DNA from: Candidatus Marinacidobacterales bacterium | GTDB lineage: Bacteria; Acidobacteriota; Vicinamibacteria; Marinacidobacterales; DATDRI01 | Reading direction: 5' to 3' | Length of the DNA stretch: 64,000 nucleotides | Assembly (NCBI GenBank): GCA_965226495.1 | Contig: OZ245365.1 | Coordinates: 5,024,001-5,088,000, forward strand | Part shown: in pieces, positions 50,538 through 59,140 of the stretch | Layout: every line of letters starts with the position of its first letter | Position numbering within the stretch: the first letter of the stretch is position 1 | The notes under the pieces: generated by a model | What the model was told of the DNA's origin: nothing | Databases searched by the model: none | What the model saw: only the letters and a program-made list of their open reading frames with translations | Program-made: the position numbers and the translations under genes

Positions 50538-51282
50538 GGTTCGAGGATTGAGTCGCCGTTTCGGCGGCCTAATGGCCGTCAGCGGTTTGGACTTTAGGGT
50601 CGAGCGGGGCGAGATCGTAGGTCTCATTGGTCCCAATGGAGCCGGGAAAACCACTTTGTTCAGCATGCTGAGCGGTGGGCTGCTACCGACCGAGGGTGAC
50701 ATCCAGTTCAAGGGCAAGCGACTCGTTGGTCTCCCACCTCACCAAGTGGCGAGGCGAGGACTAGTCCGCACCCATCAGCTCGCAAGACCCTTCGGGAGCA
50801 TGAGTGTTTTGGGAAACGTTTTGGTCGGAGCCTCCTTCGGTCATCGAGAGCATCCTCTGCACCACGCCCGCGACCCCCGACGAAACGCTATGCGTGCTCT
50901 GGAATTGACCGGCCTCCTCACCAAGGCCGATCTACCAGCCAGGGCGTTGACGCTTCCAGATCGGAAGCGCCTTGAGATCGCGCGAGCTTTGGCGACTCGT
51001 CCGGAGCTCCTCCTCTTGGACGAAATGGTAACGGGATTGAATCCCTCCGAGCTGGCGAAGGCGATCACCCTACTGCGCTCGATCCGAGATGCGGGTACGA
51101 GCTTAGTCTTCACCGAGCATGTGATCAAAGCGGTGATGAATCTGTCGGATCGCATCGTGGTACTGGACCACGGGGTGAAAATCGCCGAAGGAAAGCCCCA
51201 GGCAATCGCTCAGAATCCGCGCGTCATCGAGGCCTACTTGGGAGGCGTACCTCAGGAGCCCTCACAGAAACGACGGAAATGA
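50524..51282 (+). CDS. livG: Branched-chain amino acid ABC ATPase
   Basis: FGGL.AV, GPNGAGKTT, LEIARALA, LLLDE, VIEAYLG. Confidence 0.9.
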   Translation: MALLEVRGLSRRFGGLMAVSGLDFRVERGEIVGLIGPNGAGKTTLFSMLSGGLLPTEGDIQFKGKRLVGLPPHQVARRGLVRTHQLARPFGSMSVLGNVLVGASFGHREHPLHHARDPRRNAMRALELTGLLTKADLPARALTLPDRKRLEIARALATRPELLLLDEMVTGLNPSELAKAITLLRSIRDAGTSLVFTEHVIKAVMNLSDRIVVLDHGVKIAEGKPQAIAQNPRVIEAYLGGVPQEPSQKRRK

Positions 51283-51288
51283 CAGAAA

Positions 51289-52020
51289 ATGCCACTTAAC
51301 ATGGACGAGACCGACGCGATGCTGAAGGTCGAGAATGTCTCGGTAGCCTACGGTGACGTCCCGGCGCTAACCGACGTCTCACTCGAAGTGGGCCAAGGCG
51401 AAGTGGTGAGCCTCATCGGAGCCAACGGCGCAGGCAAGACAACGCTCCTCGAAACCCTCGCCGGGCTGAACCAACCACGAAACGGTTCCATTCGGCTTCA
51501 CGGAGAGAACCTCATTCTCCCTCCTCACGAGATTGTCGAGCGCGGAGTGTCCCTCGTGCCGGAGGGGCGGCGCTTGTGGCCACGCATGACGGTTCGAGAG
51601 AACATGGAGCTTGGCACGTACTCAGCCAGAGCGCGACCGCATCGTCGAGAAAGCGCCGAATGGATCCTTAGGCTCTTTCCGCGCCTCGAAGAGAGACAGC
51701 GACAGGTGGCGGGAACTCTCTCGGGGGGTGAGCAGCAGATGGCCGCAATAGCCCGCGCTCTCATGTCACGTCCTCGGTTGCTCCTCCTGGATGAGCCGTC
51801 TCTCGGGCTCGCACCACGCGTCGTTCAGGAGGTCTTCGAGGTGGTGAAGGAAATCAGCAAACAGGGCGTCACTATTCTGCTCGTCGAGCAGAACCTCCAC
51901 CAGGCCCTGGCCATCTCCCAACGCGGCTATGTATTGGAAACGGGACAGATCGTGAGAGAAGGACGAAGCGCCGATCTGGCTGCGGACGAGTCGATCCGGT
52001 CCGCCTACCTCGGTCTATAG
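51289..52020 (+). CDS. livF: Branched-chain amino acid ABC ATPase
   Basis: GANGAGKTT, VPEGR, LSGGEQQM, DEPSLGLAP, VEQN. Confidence 0.92.
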   Translation: MPLNMDETDAMLKVENVSVAYGDVPALTDVSLEVGQGEVVSLIGANGAGKTTLLETLAGLNQPRNGSIRLHGENLILPPHEIVERGVSLVPEGRRLWPRMTVRENMELGTYSARARPHRRESAEWILRLFPRLEERQRQVAGTLSGGEQQMAAIARALMSRPRLLLLDEPSLGLAPRVVQEVFEVVKEISKQGVTILLVEQNLHQALAISQRGYVLETGQIVREGRSADLAADESIRSAYLGL

Positions 52021-52048
52021 ACTCTCTATATCAACCGAGCCAGACGTC

Positions 52049-53218
52049 TTAAGACTGGATCCAATCCGTAAGGTAGACGTACTGGCCTTCCTCGGCCTTC
52101 ATCAGGCGTACGGAGTCGAATCCATGATGACTCTCGGGGGTGAACTCGTAGGTGACACCCAGAACGTTCTCAGAATAGGTCAGGTTCTCGAGTGCGTAAA
52201 TCAATCTAATCCGAGTCAAATCCTCGCCCGCCTCCCGGAGGCCTTCGGCAAGAAGCTGCGCCCAGCTGATTCCCATCAGGGTGAAGGTGCCCAGCGACTC
52301 GCCGCTCCCGTATTTGGCCAGGATCTCGCGCGCCAGGACGACGCCCGGTTCGTCGGAGTTGGGATCGGGAACCCCGGTGGCGACGACAGCGCCTTCCCAC
52401 ATTTCGCCCGCTAGCTCGAACATCAAAGAATCCGCGAGAATCTCGGTTCCCAGGAGCTTGGGGTGAAAATCCAACTTCTCGAACTCGCCCAAGAGAAGCG
52501 CCGCCTTCACAGGATTGGCGAGGAAAATGACCGTGTCCACCTCTGCGTCCTTGAACTTCTGGGCATGCGTCGAAAAGTCGTCCTCGGAGATACCGTGTGG
52601 CACCGCTACTCTGATCTTCTTCTTCACATCGCCCAAGCCTAGATCGACTCCTTCTAGGCCTTCGCGGCCGAACGGGTCGTCCTGGTAGAAGAGGCCTACT
52701 TTCTCGGCTTTAAAGTCCTCGACGGCGTGACGCGCGAGTATACGGCCCTCCGTAAGGTTGGTGGGCAACACGGAAAAGATACTAGCTTGCGTGGGAGTGG
52801 TCATCATTCGAGAGGCGGAGCCCGGATTGACCCACGGAATGAACTTGTTCGCGAGGTACTCCTTAACCGCCAGACAGCTCTCCGTCCCCGTGCCACCGAG
52901 GATGCCGAACACGTGGTCTTGCTCGATCAGCCCTTTGACCACTTCCGGTGTCTGAGCAGGATCGTATTGGTCGTCCTTCACGATGAGACGAAGCTTGCGG
53001 CCGTGGATGCCACCCTGGTCGTTGACGTGTTGGAAGTAGGCTTCCATTCCCTTGGTGACGTCGGCCAGATAGGAGAGTTGCCCGGTCAAGGGAGCCCATG
53101 TTCCGATCAGGATCTCTTCGTCGCTGACGCCGACGTCCGGGCCCCCGCATGCGGTCAAAGAAAAAACTGCACCCAGTATCGCTGCCAGGCAAACGCCACG
53201 CTGATGTCTTACGTTCAT
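52049..53218 (-). CDS. ABC transporter substrate-binding lipoprotein (Leu/Ile/Val-binding fold)
   Basis: Lipobox LTAC; GVSD.EI.IG, PLTG, N..GGIHGRK, DD.YDP, YQDD.FG. Confidence 0.88.
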   Translation of the reverse strand: MNVRHQRGVCLAAILGAVFSLTACGGPDVGVSDEEILIGTWAPLTGQLSYLADVTKGMEAYFQHVNDQGGIHGRKLRLIVKDDQYDPAQTPEVVKGLIEQDHVFGILGGTGTESCLAVKEYLANKFIPWVNPGSASRMMTTPTQASIFSVLPTNLTEGRILARHAVEDFKAEKVGLFYQDDPFGREGLEGVDLGLGDVKKKIRVAVPHGISEDDFSTHAQKFKDAEVDTVIFLANPVKAALLLGEFEKLDFHPKLLGTEILADSLMFELAGEMWEGAVVATGVPDPNSDEPGVVLAREILAKYGSGESLGTFTLMGISWAQLLAEGLREAGEDLTRIRLIYALENLTYSENVLGVTYEFTPESHHGFDSVRLMKAEEGQYVYLTDWIQS

Positions 53219-53492
53219 TACGAACCTTTCTTGACGGGTTGTCTCGAGCTCATCTTGCTCCCGACCCTCTTCGGCCCCGACGAGTGAAGACAAGCTAAAA
53301 GGGAGCCCGCCGCCTGACGCCGTCCGGCAACTGCACGCCGTTTTTTGGCGGCCCGCATGGTCTTGATACGGCTGGCTCCCCAAAGTCCTCGATCTTACCA
53401 CGAACCCACGGTCGGGTCGCAGGCTATTTCTGCCCAACGTTCATGCTATAATTTTTACGCTTGCATCCAAGCCAAGAAAAGGTGAATTCGAT

Positions 53493-53687
53493 ATGAGCGA
53501 AGACCTCGAGGTCGACAATGATGTGTTTCTGGAGGGCGGCGTTCTCTCTTGCATTTGTGGTCAACCCTTAGAGCTGGAAGAAGCCCTGCCACTCATCGAG
53601 ACCGAAGCGGGAAAACAGTTCATCACCTGTCCCACTTGCGACATGAAACATTGGGCGGAAGGCGGGATGTTCAGGCTAGACGACTAG
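53493..53687 (+). CDS. Small acidic zinc-ribbon protein
   Basis: CICG...CPTC; SD AAGGTGA; upstream TGCTATAAT extended -10 (~53444-53452). Confidence 0.65.
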   Translation: MSEDLEVDNDVFLEGGVLSCICGQPLELEEALPLIETEAGKQFITCPTCDMKHWAEGGMFRLDD

Positions 53688-53701
53688 CACACCCGTTCTC
53701 A

Positions 53702-53823
53702 CCGGCGCCTGGCTAGGCTGATAGTAGCAACCGCACATCTTGGCGCCCAACACGATCTGCAGGCCGTGCCTGGCTGCGTCGACTGTGGCAACCCAACATT
53801 TTGGCGCCCGACGGGGCCTGAAG
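53702..53823. repeat. Degenerate 61-bp tandem duplication between convergent genes
   Basis: GTAGCAACCGCACATCTTGGCGCCCAAC (53724) vs GTGGCAACCCAACATTTTGGCGCCCGAC (53785), both preceded by GCCTGGCT. Confidence 0.65.
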
Positions 53824-53928
53824 GCGAGACTCCGGGCGTTGCTTACAAACAACCCCCGTCGGGGAGAACGCCGGATTCTGCTGGCGCTCTCCCTCCAGGA
53901 GTCAACACGAATTCAGGAACCGAAGTCC

Positions 53929-54567
53929 CTAGAAATCGTCGGAGCCACCCCCACCCAAATCGTCACTCGAGTCCCCCTCACCCGAGCCACCGAGACCCCC
54001 TGATCCTGAACCCCATCCACTAGTACTCGGGGCCGGTGTCGACCAGGGACTCGGAGGTGGCACCAGAGGTGCGGGTGCGGGTGCGGGTGCCGGTTTGGGT
54101 TTGGCCTTGGGCTTAGCCTTGGGCTTAGCCTTGGGCTTAGCCTTGGGCTTAGCCTTGGGCTTAGCCTTGGGCTTAGCTTTGGGCTTAGCTTTTGGCTTGG
54201 CCTTGGGTTTGCGCTTCGGAGCCGACTTCCGTTTGGGCGCCGATCGCTTTTTCGCCTTCTTCTTGGCCTTCCGTTTCGTTGCCTTGCGCTTCGTTGCCTT
54301 GCGCTTCGTTCCCTTGCGGGCCTTGCGCTTGGTCTTCCGGCCAGCCTTCTTCGCCTTCTTTTTAGCTTTCTTCTTCTTCCTAGCCGGTTTCCGGCGAGCT
54401 GTCTTCCGGGCCTTTTTCTTGGCCTTCTTTTTGCCTTGGCGGCCTCGCTTGGCTACCCTTCTCGACTTCTTCTTTCGGGTGGCCTTGCGCTTCGTGGCCT
54501 TGCGTTTTGCGGTCTTCTTTTTCTTACGTGCTTTGGTCTGGCTTTTTTTTCTCTTCTTTTTCTTCAT
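53929..54567 (-). CDS. Histone H1-like, Lys/Arg/Ala-rich low-complexity DNA-binding protein
   Basis: KRKAT repeats, 9x PKAK, Pro-Ala linker, acidic Gly/Ser tail; GGAGGT upstream; synonymous variation in repeat codons. Confidence 0.75.
   Translation of the reverse strand: MKKKKRKKSQTKARKKKKTAKRKATKRKATRKKKSRRVAKRGRQGKKKAKKKARKTARRKPARKKKKAKKKAKKAGRKTKRKARKGTKRKATKRKATKRKAKKKAKKRSAPKRKSAPKRKPKAKPKAKPKAKPKAKPKAKPKAKPKAKPKAKPKAKPKPAPAPAPAPLVPPPSPWSTPAPSTSGWGSGSGGLGGSGEGDSSDDLGGGGSDDF
54100..54207 (-). repeat. 12-bp tandem repeat encoding (PKAK)9
   Basis: TTGGGCTTAGCC units visible on the plus strand. Confidence 0.9.
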
Positions 54568-54898
54568 TTGAGCTGACTACCTCCATCAACAACCAAGCTT
54601 TCCCAGTGGTGTAACCCCGAGATTAGAAATAAGGCCGATTCGACGACGTCGTCGTAACGACCGCACTTCCAATAACGGGCATTAACGGGCATTAACAGGA
54701 TACTCTTCGTTAGTCCACCTGGCTTTCATGGTCGGCCCTTCCATTGAGTACGTCGGAGAAAGACCGCATAGTTAATCATAAGAGCGATATTCACCGACCG
54801 GACCTTGTTTCCAAACGCGAAATCATTGTAAGGGTCATTCCATTGAACTGTCAAAGGGGTTCTTATTACAATCGCGCTTCATAGTAAAGACAAGAACC

Positions 54899-55750
54899 AT
54901 GCTGAGCCGCCTTTCCAACTATCGCCACTTCGTCAAGATCGAGCACACCCTCTTCTCTTTTCCACTACTTTTGAGTGGAGCGCTTCTCGCCGGTGACCAC
55001 TCCTTGAGCCTCAGAACGTTCGTCCTCATCCTTGTCGCCGGAACAGGCGCCAGAACCGCTGCCCTGGGCTTGAACCGTATATTCGACCGACGTCTCGATC
55101 GGGCCAACCCACGAACCGCGGGGCGGGAGCTACCACGGGGGGCCATGGCGCCAGCAGAAGCCTGGCTCGTTACCTCAATAGGTACAGGCGCTTACCTGGC
55201 GGCGGCCTATTTCATCTCGCCTTGGTGCCTGCTGCTCGCCCCAATCCCCTTGGCGATTTTCGCCATCTATCCACTGCTGAAGCGCGTGACGATGTGGGCC
55301 CACCTAGGCGTCGGCCTTGCATTGAGCATGGCTCCGATCGGAGCATGGTACGCCGTTTCGCTCAGCTTCCGGGACATGGGGCCGGTTTTGGTCCTGGGCT
55401 TCTTCACCGTTTTCTGGGTATCCGGTTTCGACATCATTTACTCGACCCTCGACGAGGCGCACGATCGCCAAGCCGGGTTGCATTCCTTGCCGGCTCGATG
55501 GGGCCGACAGAAAGCATTAGCCATCTCCGCGGTGTTTCATGTGTTGGCGTTTTGCTGCCTGGCGGCACTTTATTGGTTGGAGCTCCGGGGCATTGCGTCC
55601 GGGCTGTTGCTATTGGTCACCGGAGCGCTACTCTACTTCGAGCATCGAAATGCCGCTGATGTCGAATTGGCCTTTTTCAAAATAAATTCAGTCCTAGGCT
55701 TCGTTGTGCTGGCTTTCGTCTATGCAGGCGTTTCGGGGTTGATCCCTTAG
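54899..55750 (+). CDS. mqnP: UbiA-like prenyltransferase of the futalosine menaquinone pathway
   Basis: KIEHTLFS.P, NR..DR..D..NPRT..RELP, GFDIIY...D...DR..GLHS.P, AFF..N; in the mqn operon. Confidence 0.88.
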   Translation: MLSRLSNYRHFVKIEHTLFSFPLLLSGALLAGDHSLSLRTFVLILVAGTGARTAALGLNRIFDRRLDRANPRTAGRELPRGAMAPAEAWLVTSIGTGAYLAAAYFISPWCLLLAPIPLAIFAIYPLLKRVTMWAHLGVGLALSMAPIGAWYAVSLSFRDMGPVLVLGFFTVFWVSGFDIIYSTLDEAHDRQAGLHSLPARWGRQKALAISAVFHVLAFCCLAALYWLELRGIASGLLLLVTGALLYFEHRNAADVELAFFKINSVLGFVVLAFVYAGVSGLIP

Positions 55751-55848
55751 CACTACGACTTAAGTTGGCGGAACCGCCCACGTGCAACCATCAACGATTT
55801 CGTGATTTTTCCGTCTCCCTCTCCACTTATCACGTTGATAGTGCTAAG
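55746..55848. mobile_element. Possible MITE-like element (103 bp) on the mqnP stop codon
   Basis: 10-bp perfect terminal inverted repeat CTTAGCACTA / TAGTGCTAAG, imperfect further in. Confidence 0.4.
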
Positions 55849-55971
55849 CGGCGCCAACGGCGCCATCTTCTAAGGCGCCTTGCGATCCACCCTTCGCCCA
55901 GTACTAGAATGGGATCGGCGGGATATGAGAGAATCTCGAGTCTTGGAGTTAAAGGGGGCTTAGTCTCGACC

Positions 55972-57150
55972 ATGCGTAACGTTCATGACACCAGTAAAGT
56001 GGACTTCCCAGGCTTACCTGACGTGCCTGGCCGGCCTGACCGACCTGACCGACCTGACCGAGAAGTAGGCCGCATCGATTTCCAGGACCAAGCCCTCATT
56101 CCGATATGGGAGAAAGTCCTTCAAAATAAGAGGCTTGACCGTGAGGACGGGGTGGCCATCCTCAACACGTGGGACGTCGTAGCCCTGGGGCGTATGGCGG
56201 ATCACGTCAAGCGAACGAAGAGCGGGGACTACGTCTACTTCGTCATCAATCGCCAACTCAATCCAACGAACGTCTGCGTCCTCGACTGCAAGTTTTGTGA
56301 CTTCGCGGCCAAACCCAAAGACCCGCACGCCTACGAGATGTCCATGGACGAGGTTTTGAGCCGCTGCAGCGACGAGCTCTCAGAGGTGCACATCGTAGGA
56401 GGCCTCCATCCCACCTGGCCATTCGAAAAGTACCTGGACATCCAGAGGGCGATTCACGAGGCGCACCCCAAGATCCAAATCAAGGCGTGGACGGCAGTCG
56501 AAATCGACTGGTTCGCCCAAATCGCTGACTTGTCTATCGAGGAGGTGCTGGGCAGGCTTCGGGAAGCGGGCTTGTCGTCGATGCCCGGCGGAGGCGCGGA
56601 GGTCTTTTCGGCACGCGTGCGGGACGAGCTTTTCAAAAGAAAGATCGGAGAGGAACGCTGGTTCGAGGTGCACCGCATAGCGCACCGTATGGGTATTCCG
56701 TCGAATGCGACGTTGCTCTACGGACACATCGAGACCTACGAAGAGCGGGTGGACCACATGCTCAAACTGCGGGAGCAGCAGGACCAAGCGCCGGGGTTTC
56801 TATCTTTCATACCCCTCGCGTTTCAGCCCGGGCACACCGGCATCGTCGATCGTCAAGTCTCTGCGATCGAAGACCTGCGAACGGTCGCCTGCGCTCGGCT
56901 GCTCCTCGACAATTTTCCCCACATCAAGTCCTACTGGATCATGCTAGGCGAGGAGACCGCGTCGGTCGCTCTCAACTTCGGCGCGAACGACCTCGATGGA
57001 ACGATTGGTGAAGAGCGTATCGCTCATGCCGCTCTCGCCAAGAGTCCGGTAGGCGTAGCGAGAGACCGATTAGTGGACATGATCACCGAGGCGGGCAAAG
57101 TGCCGGTCGAGCGAGATGCACTCTACCAAGTGATCCGAGTGTACAACTAG
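55972..57150 (+). CDS. mqnE: Aminofutalosine synthase (radical SAM)
   Basis: NPTNVCVLDCKFC (CxxxCxxC), EVHIVGG.HP, KA.TAVEI, MPGGGAEVF, YGHIET, FIPLAF, HIKSYWIM. Confidence 0.92.
   Translation: MRNVHDTSKVDFPGLPDVPGRPDRPDRPDREVGRIDFQDQALIPIWEKVLQNKRLDREDGVAILNTWDVVALGRMADHVKRTKSGDYVYFVINRQLNPTNVCVLDCKFCDFAAKPKDPHAYEMSMDEVLSRCSDELSEVHIVGGLHPTWPFEKYLDIQRAIHEAHPKIQIKAWTAVEIDWFAQIADLSIEEVLGRLREAGLSSMPGGGAEVFSARVRDELFKRKIGEERWFEVHRIAHRMGIPSNATLLYGHIETYEERVDHMLKLREQQDQAPGFLSFIPLAFQPGHTGIVDRQVSAIEDLRTVACARLLLDNFPHIKSYWIMLGEETASVALNFGANDLDGTIGEERIAHAALAKSPVGVARDRLVDMITEAGKVPVERDALYQVIRVYN
56016..56061 (+). repeat. In-frame 9-bp tandem repeat CCTGACCGA encoding PDVPGRPDRPDRPDR
   Basis: Directly visible; same CTGACCG core as the repeat in dmpA. 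Confidence 0.8.
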
Positions 57151-57254
57151 TGCCGTTCCAACTGGTCTGGCCACACACGACGACGGCACCTGGCAACGCC
57201 AAGGGTGTCCTTGGCTCATCACTTTCTCGGCGAATCAAGTTGGAACGGCACTAG
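57147..57254. mobile_element. MITE-like element (108 bp) on the mqnE stop codon
   Basis: 17-bp perfect inverted repeat CTAGTGCCGTTCCAACT / AGTTGGAACGGCACTAG; CTAG at both ends could be a target duplication; no ORF. Confidence 0.75.
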
Positions 57255-57266
57255 GCCCCCTCTCCG

Positions 57267-58049
57267 ATGCCGCTCCTCGTTGGACAAATCTCCTACCTCA
57301 ACTCACAACCGTTCTATCCACTCCTCGGGGAGCACCGCTTGCTGGCGATGCCGCCCCGCGAGTTGGGCCGGCTAGCGGAGCGCGGCGAGATCGACGCCGG
57401 CATCATGGCAACGGCTGACTTTATCGCGCTAGAGTCCCGGTACGAACCTGCGGCAGACCTCGGGATAGCGAACCACGAGGAAGTGCGAAGCATCCTGCTT
57501 TACAGCCATCGCCCACTCTCCGAGCTCGACGGAGCAACGATCGGAGTCACCGAAGAGACGTCCACTTCCATTTGCCTGCTTCGATTGCTCCTCGAGGTGC
57601 GAGATGGCATTCGCCCGCAAGGATACGTACGGGGGCTTCGCGAGGAGGGTGACGCCTTTCTGCTCATTGGAAACGAGGCGCTTCGCAGCCGCAATCGCCC
57701 GCCCGCCGATTTCGAGCACCGCTACGATCTGGCCGAGGAGTGGTGGAATTGGAAGCAACTGCCTTTCGTTTTCGCACTCTGGGCTGTCAAGCGTTCGATA
57801 CCCACCGAACAGAAGCAAGCCTTCCGGGAGCTCTTGGAACGTTCGCTGGACCAGGGCATTGCTCAGATCGATGAGATTGCACGTCGATACGCGGGAGAGC
57901 TCGGCTCCGCCGAGGCACTGGCGTCCTATCTCAGAAATTTTCGCTATCGGCTGGGACCAGAGGAAAAACGGGGGCTCACGGAGTTCAGGCGATTGGTCGA
58001 GGAGAATCGGATCCTCGAGCCCGTAGTCACCGGCGGAGGACAGGCATGA
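57267..58049 (+). CDS. mqnA: Chorismate dehydratase
   Basis: ISYLN..PF, V.SI.L, ETSTS..L, LLIG.EAL, DL..EW..W..LPFVFA.W. Confidence 0.9.
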   Translation: MPLLVGQISYLNSQPFYPLLGEHRLLAMPPRELGRLAERGEIDAGIMATADFIALESRYEPAADLGIANHEEVRSILLYSHRPLSELDGATIGVTEETSTSICLLRLLLEVRDGIRPQGYVRGLREEGDAFLLIGNEALRSRNRPPADFEHRYDLAEEWWNWKQLPFVFALWAVKRSIPTEQKQAFRELLERSLDQGIAQIDEIARRYAGELGSAEALASYLRNFRYRLGPEEKRGLTEFRRLVEENRILEPVVTGGGQA

Positions 58050-59134
58050 AGACAGCCCTCGGCATGGAGTCGATTCAGGAAAAAGTCCGTGCCGGCGAAC
58101 GCCTTTCGACCGAGGAAGGGTTGTACCTGTTGCGCGATGCGCCGGTCCTCGAACTCGGCCAGCTGGCAATGGAAATCCGTAGACGACGGAATCCTGATCC
58201 GGTGATCACCTACGTAGTGGACACCAACCCCAACTACACGAACGTTTGCGATGTCGATTGCACGTTCTGTGCTTTCTACCGACCGCCTGGACACGCCGAG
58301 GCCTACACCCACACCATCGAGGAAATGATCGAGAGGATCCGAAGATCGGTGGCCATGGGAGTCACCACCGTCCTCATGCAAGGTGGCGTGAGCCCAGAGA
58401 TCCCATTCGACTACTACCCTGACATGGTGCGGGCCGTCCGCGAGCGCTTCCCAGAGGTGACCCCTCATTTTTGGTCGGCTCCCGAAATCCAAGGTATGGC
58501 CAAGGTCGCGGGGTTGACCACAAGGGAAGTGTTGACTCGGCTCAAGGAGGCTGGGCAGTTCACTATTCCGGGAGGCGGAGCGGAAATTCTCTCCGATCGC
58601 GTTCGGCGCAAGATTTCGCATAAGAAGGGCGGCGCGAACACATGGCTAGACGTGCACCGTGAAGCGCACGAGCTTGGATTCCGTAGCACCGCCACCATGA
58701 TGTACGGTCACGTGGAAACCGATGAGGACATCGTCCAACATCTTTCGAGCATCCGTGAGCTTCAGGACCTCCATCAAGGTTTCACGGCTTTCGTCCCCTG
58801 GAGCTTCAAGCCGGGGAATACGCCACTTCTCATCAAGATCCCCCGGCATGCGGGGCCGAACCGCTACCTGCGCGTCCTGGCCGCATCGCGCATCTATTTG
58901 GATAATTTCGAGCACATCCAAGCCTCTTGGTTCTCGGAGGGCAAGAAAACGGGGCAAATCGCGCTTCATTGGGGGGCCGACGACTTTGGTGGCACCCTCT
59001 TCGAAGAGAACGTCCACGCTTGTACGGGTTTCGTGAATAAGACGTCGACCCAGGAAATTCAGACTCTCATCAAGGAGGCTGGATTCCAACCCGCCCAGCG
59101 AACCACGCTCTACGAGATCATCGCCCGCAACTGA
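58046..59134 (+). CDS. mqnC: Cyclic dehypoxanthinyl futalosine synthase (radical SAM)
   Basis: NYTNVC...C.FCAFYR, LMQGG, IPGGGAEIL, STATMMYG, F.AF.PW.F, QASW, GADDFG....EENV. Confidence 0.92.
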   Translation: MKTALGMESIQEKVRAGERLSTEEGLYLLRDAPVLELGQLAMEIRRRRNPDPVITYVVDTNPNYTNVCDVDCTFCAFYRPPGHAEAYTHTIEEMIERIRRSVAMGVTTVLMQGGVSPEIPFDYYPDMVRAVRERFPEVTPHFWSAPEIQGMAKVAGLTTREVLTRLKEAGQFTIPGGGAEILSDRVRRKISHKKGGANTWLDVHREAHELGFRSTATMMYGHVETDEDIVQHLSSIRELQDLHQGFTAFVPWSFKPGNTPLLIKIPRHAGPNRYLRVLAASRIYLDNFEHIQASWFSEGKKTGQIALHWGADDFGGTLFEENVHACTGFVNKTSTQEIQTLIKEAGFQPAQRTTLYEIIARN

Positions 59135-59140
59135 ATCTCA

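Noticed and set aside
53493-53687. LysW-type amino-group carrier protein
   Set aside because: Acidic zinc ribbon but lacks the C-terminal EDWGE motif and lys/arg neighbours.
53702-53823. Possible mini-CRISPR (28-bp repeat, 61-bp period)
   Set aside because: Only two diverged copies, the spacers are also similar to each other, and no cas genes are present.
54095-54571. (LALG)n hydrophobic ORF
   Set aside because: Reverse-complement shadow of the PKAK repeat; the minus-strand gene has an SD and a more plausible composition.
55747-55847. CIRCE-like half sites TTAGCACT / AGTGCTAA
   Set aside because: CIRCE requires a 9-nt spacer; here it is over 80 nt, and no chaperone gene follows.
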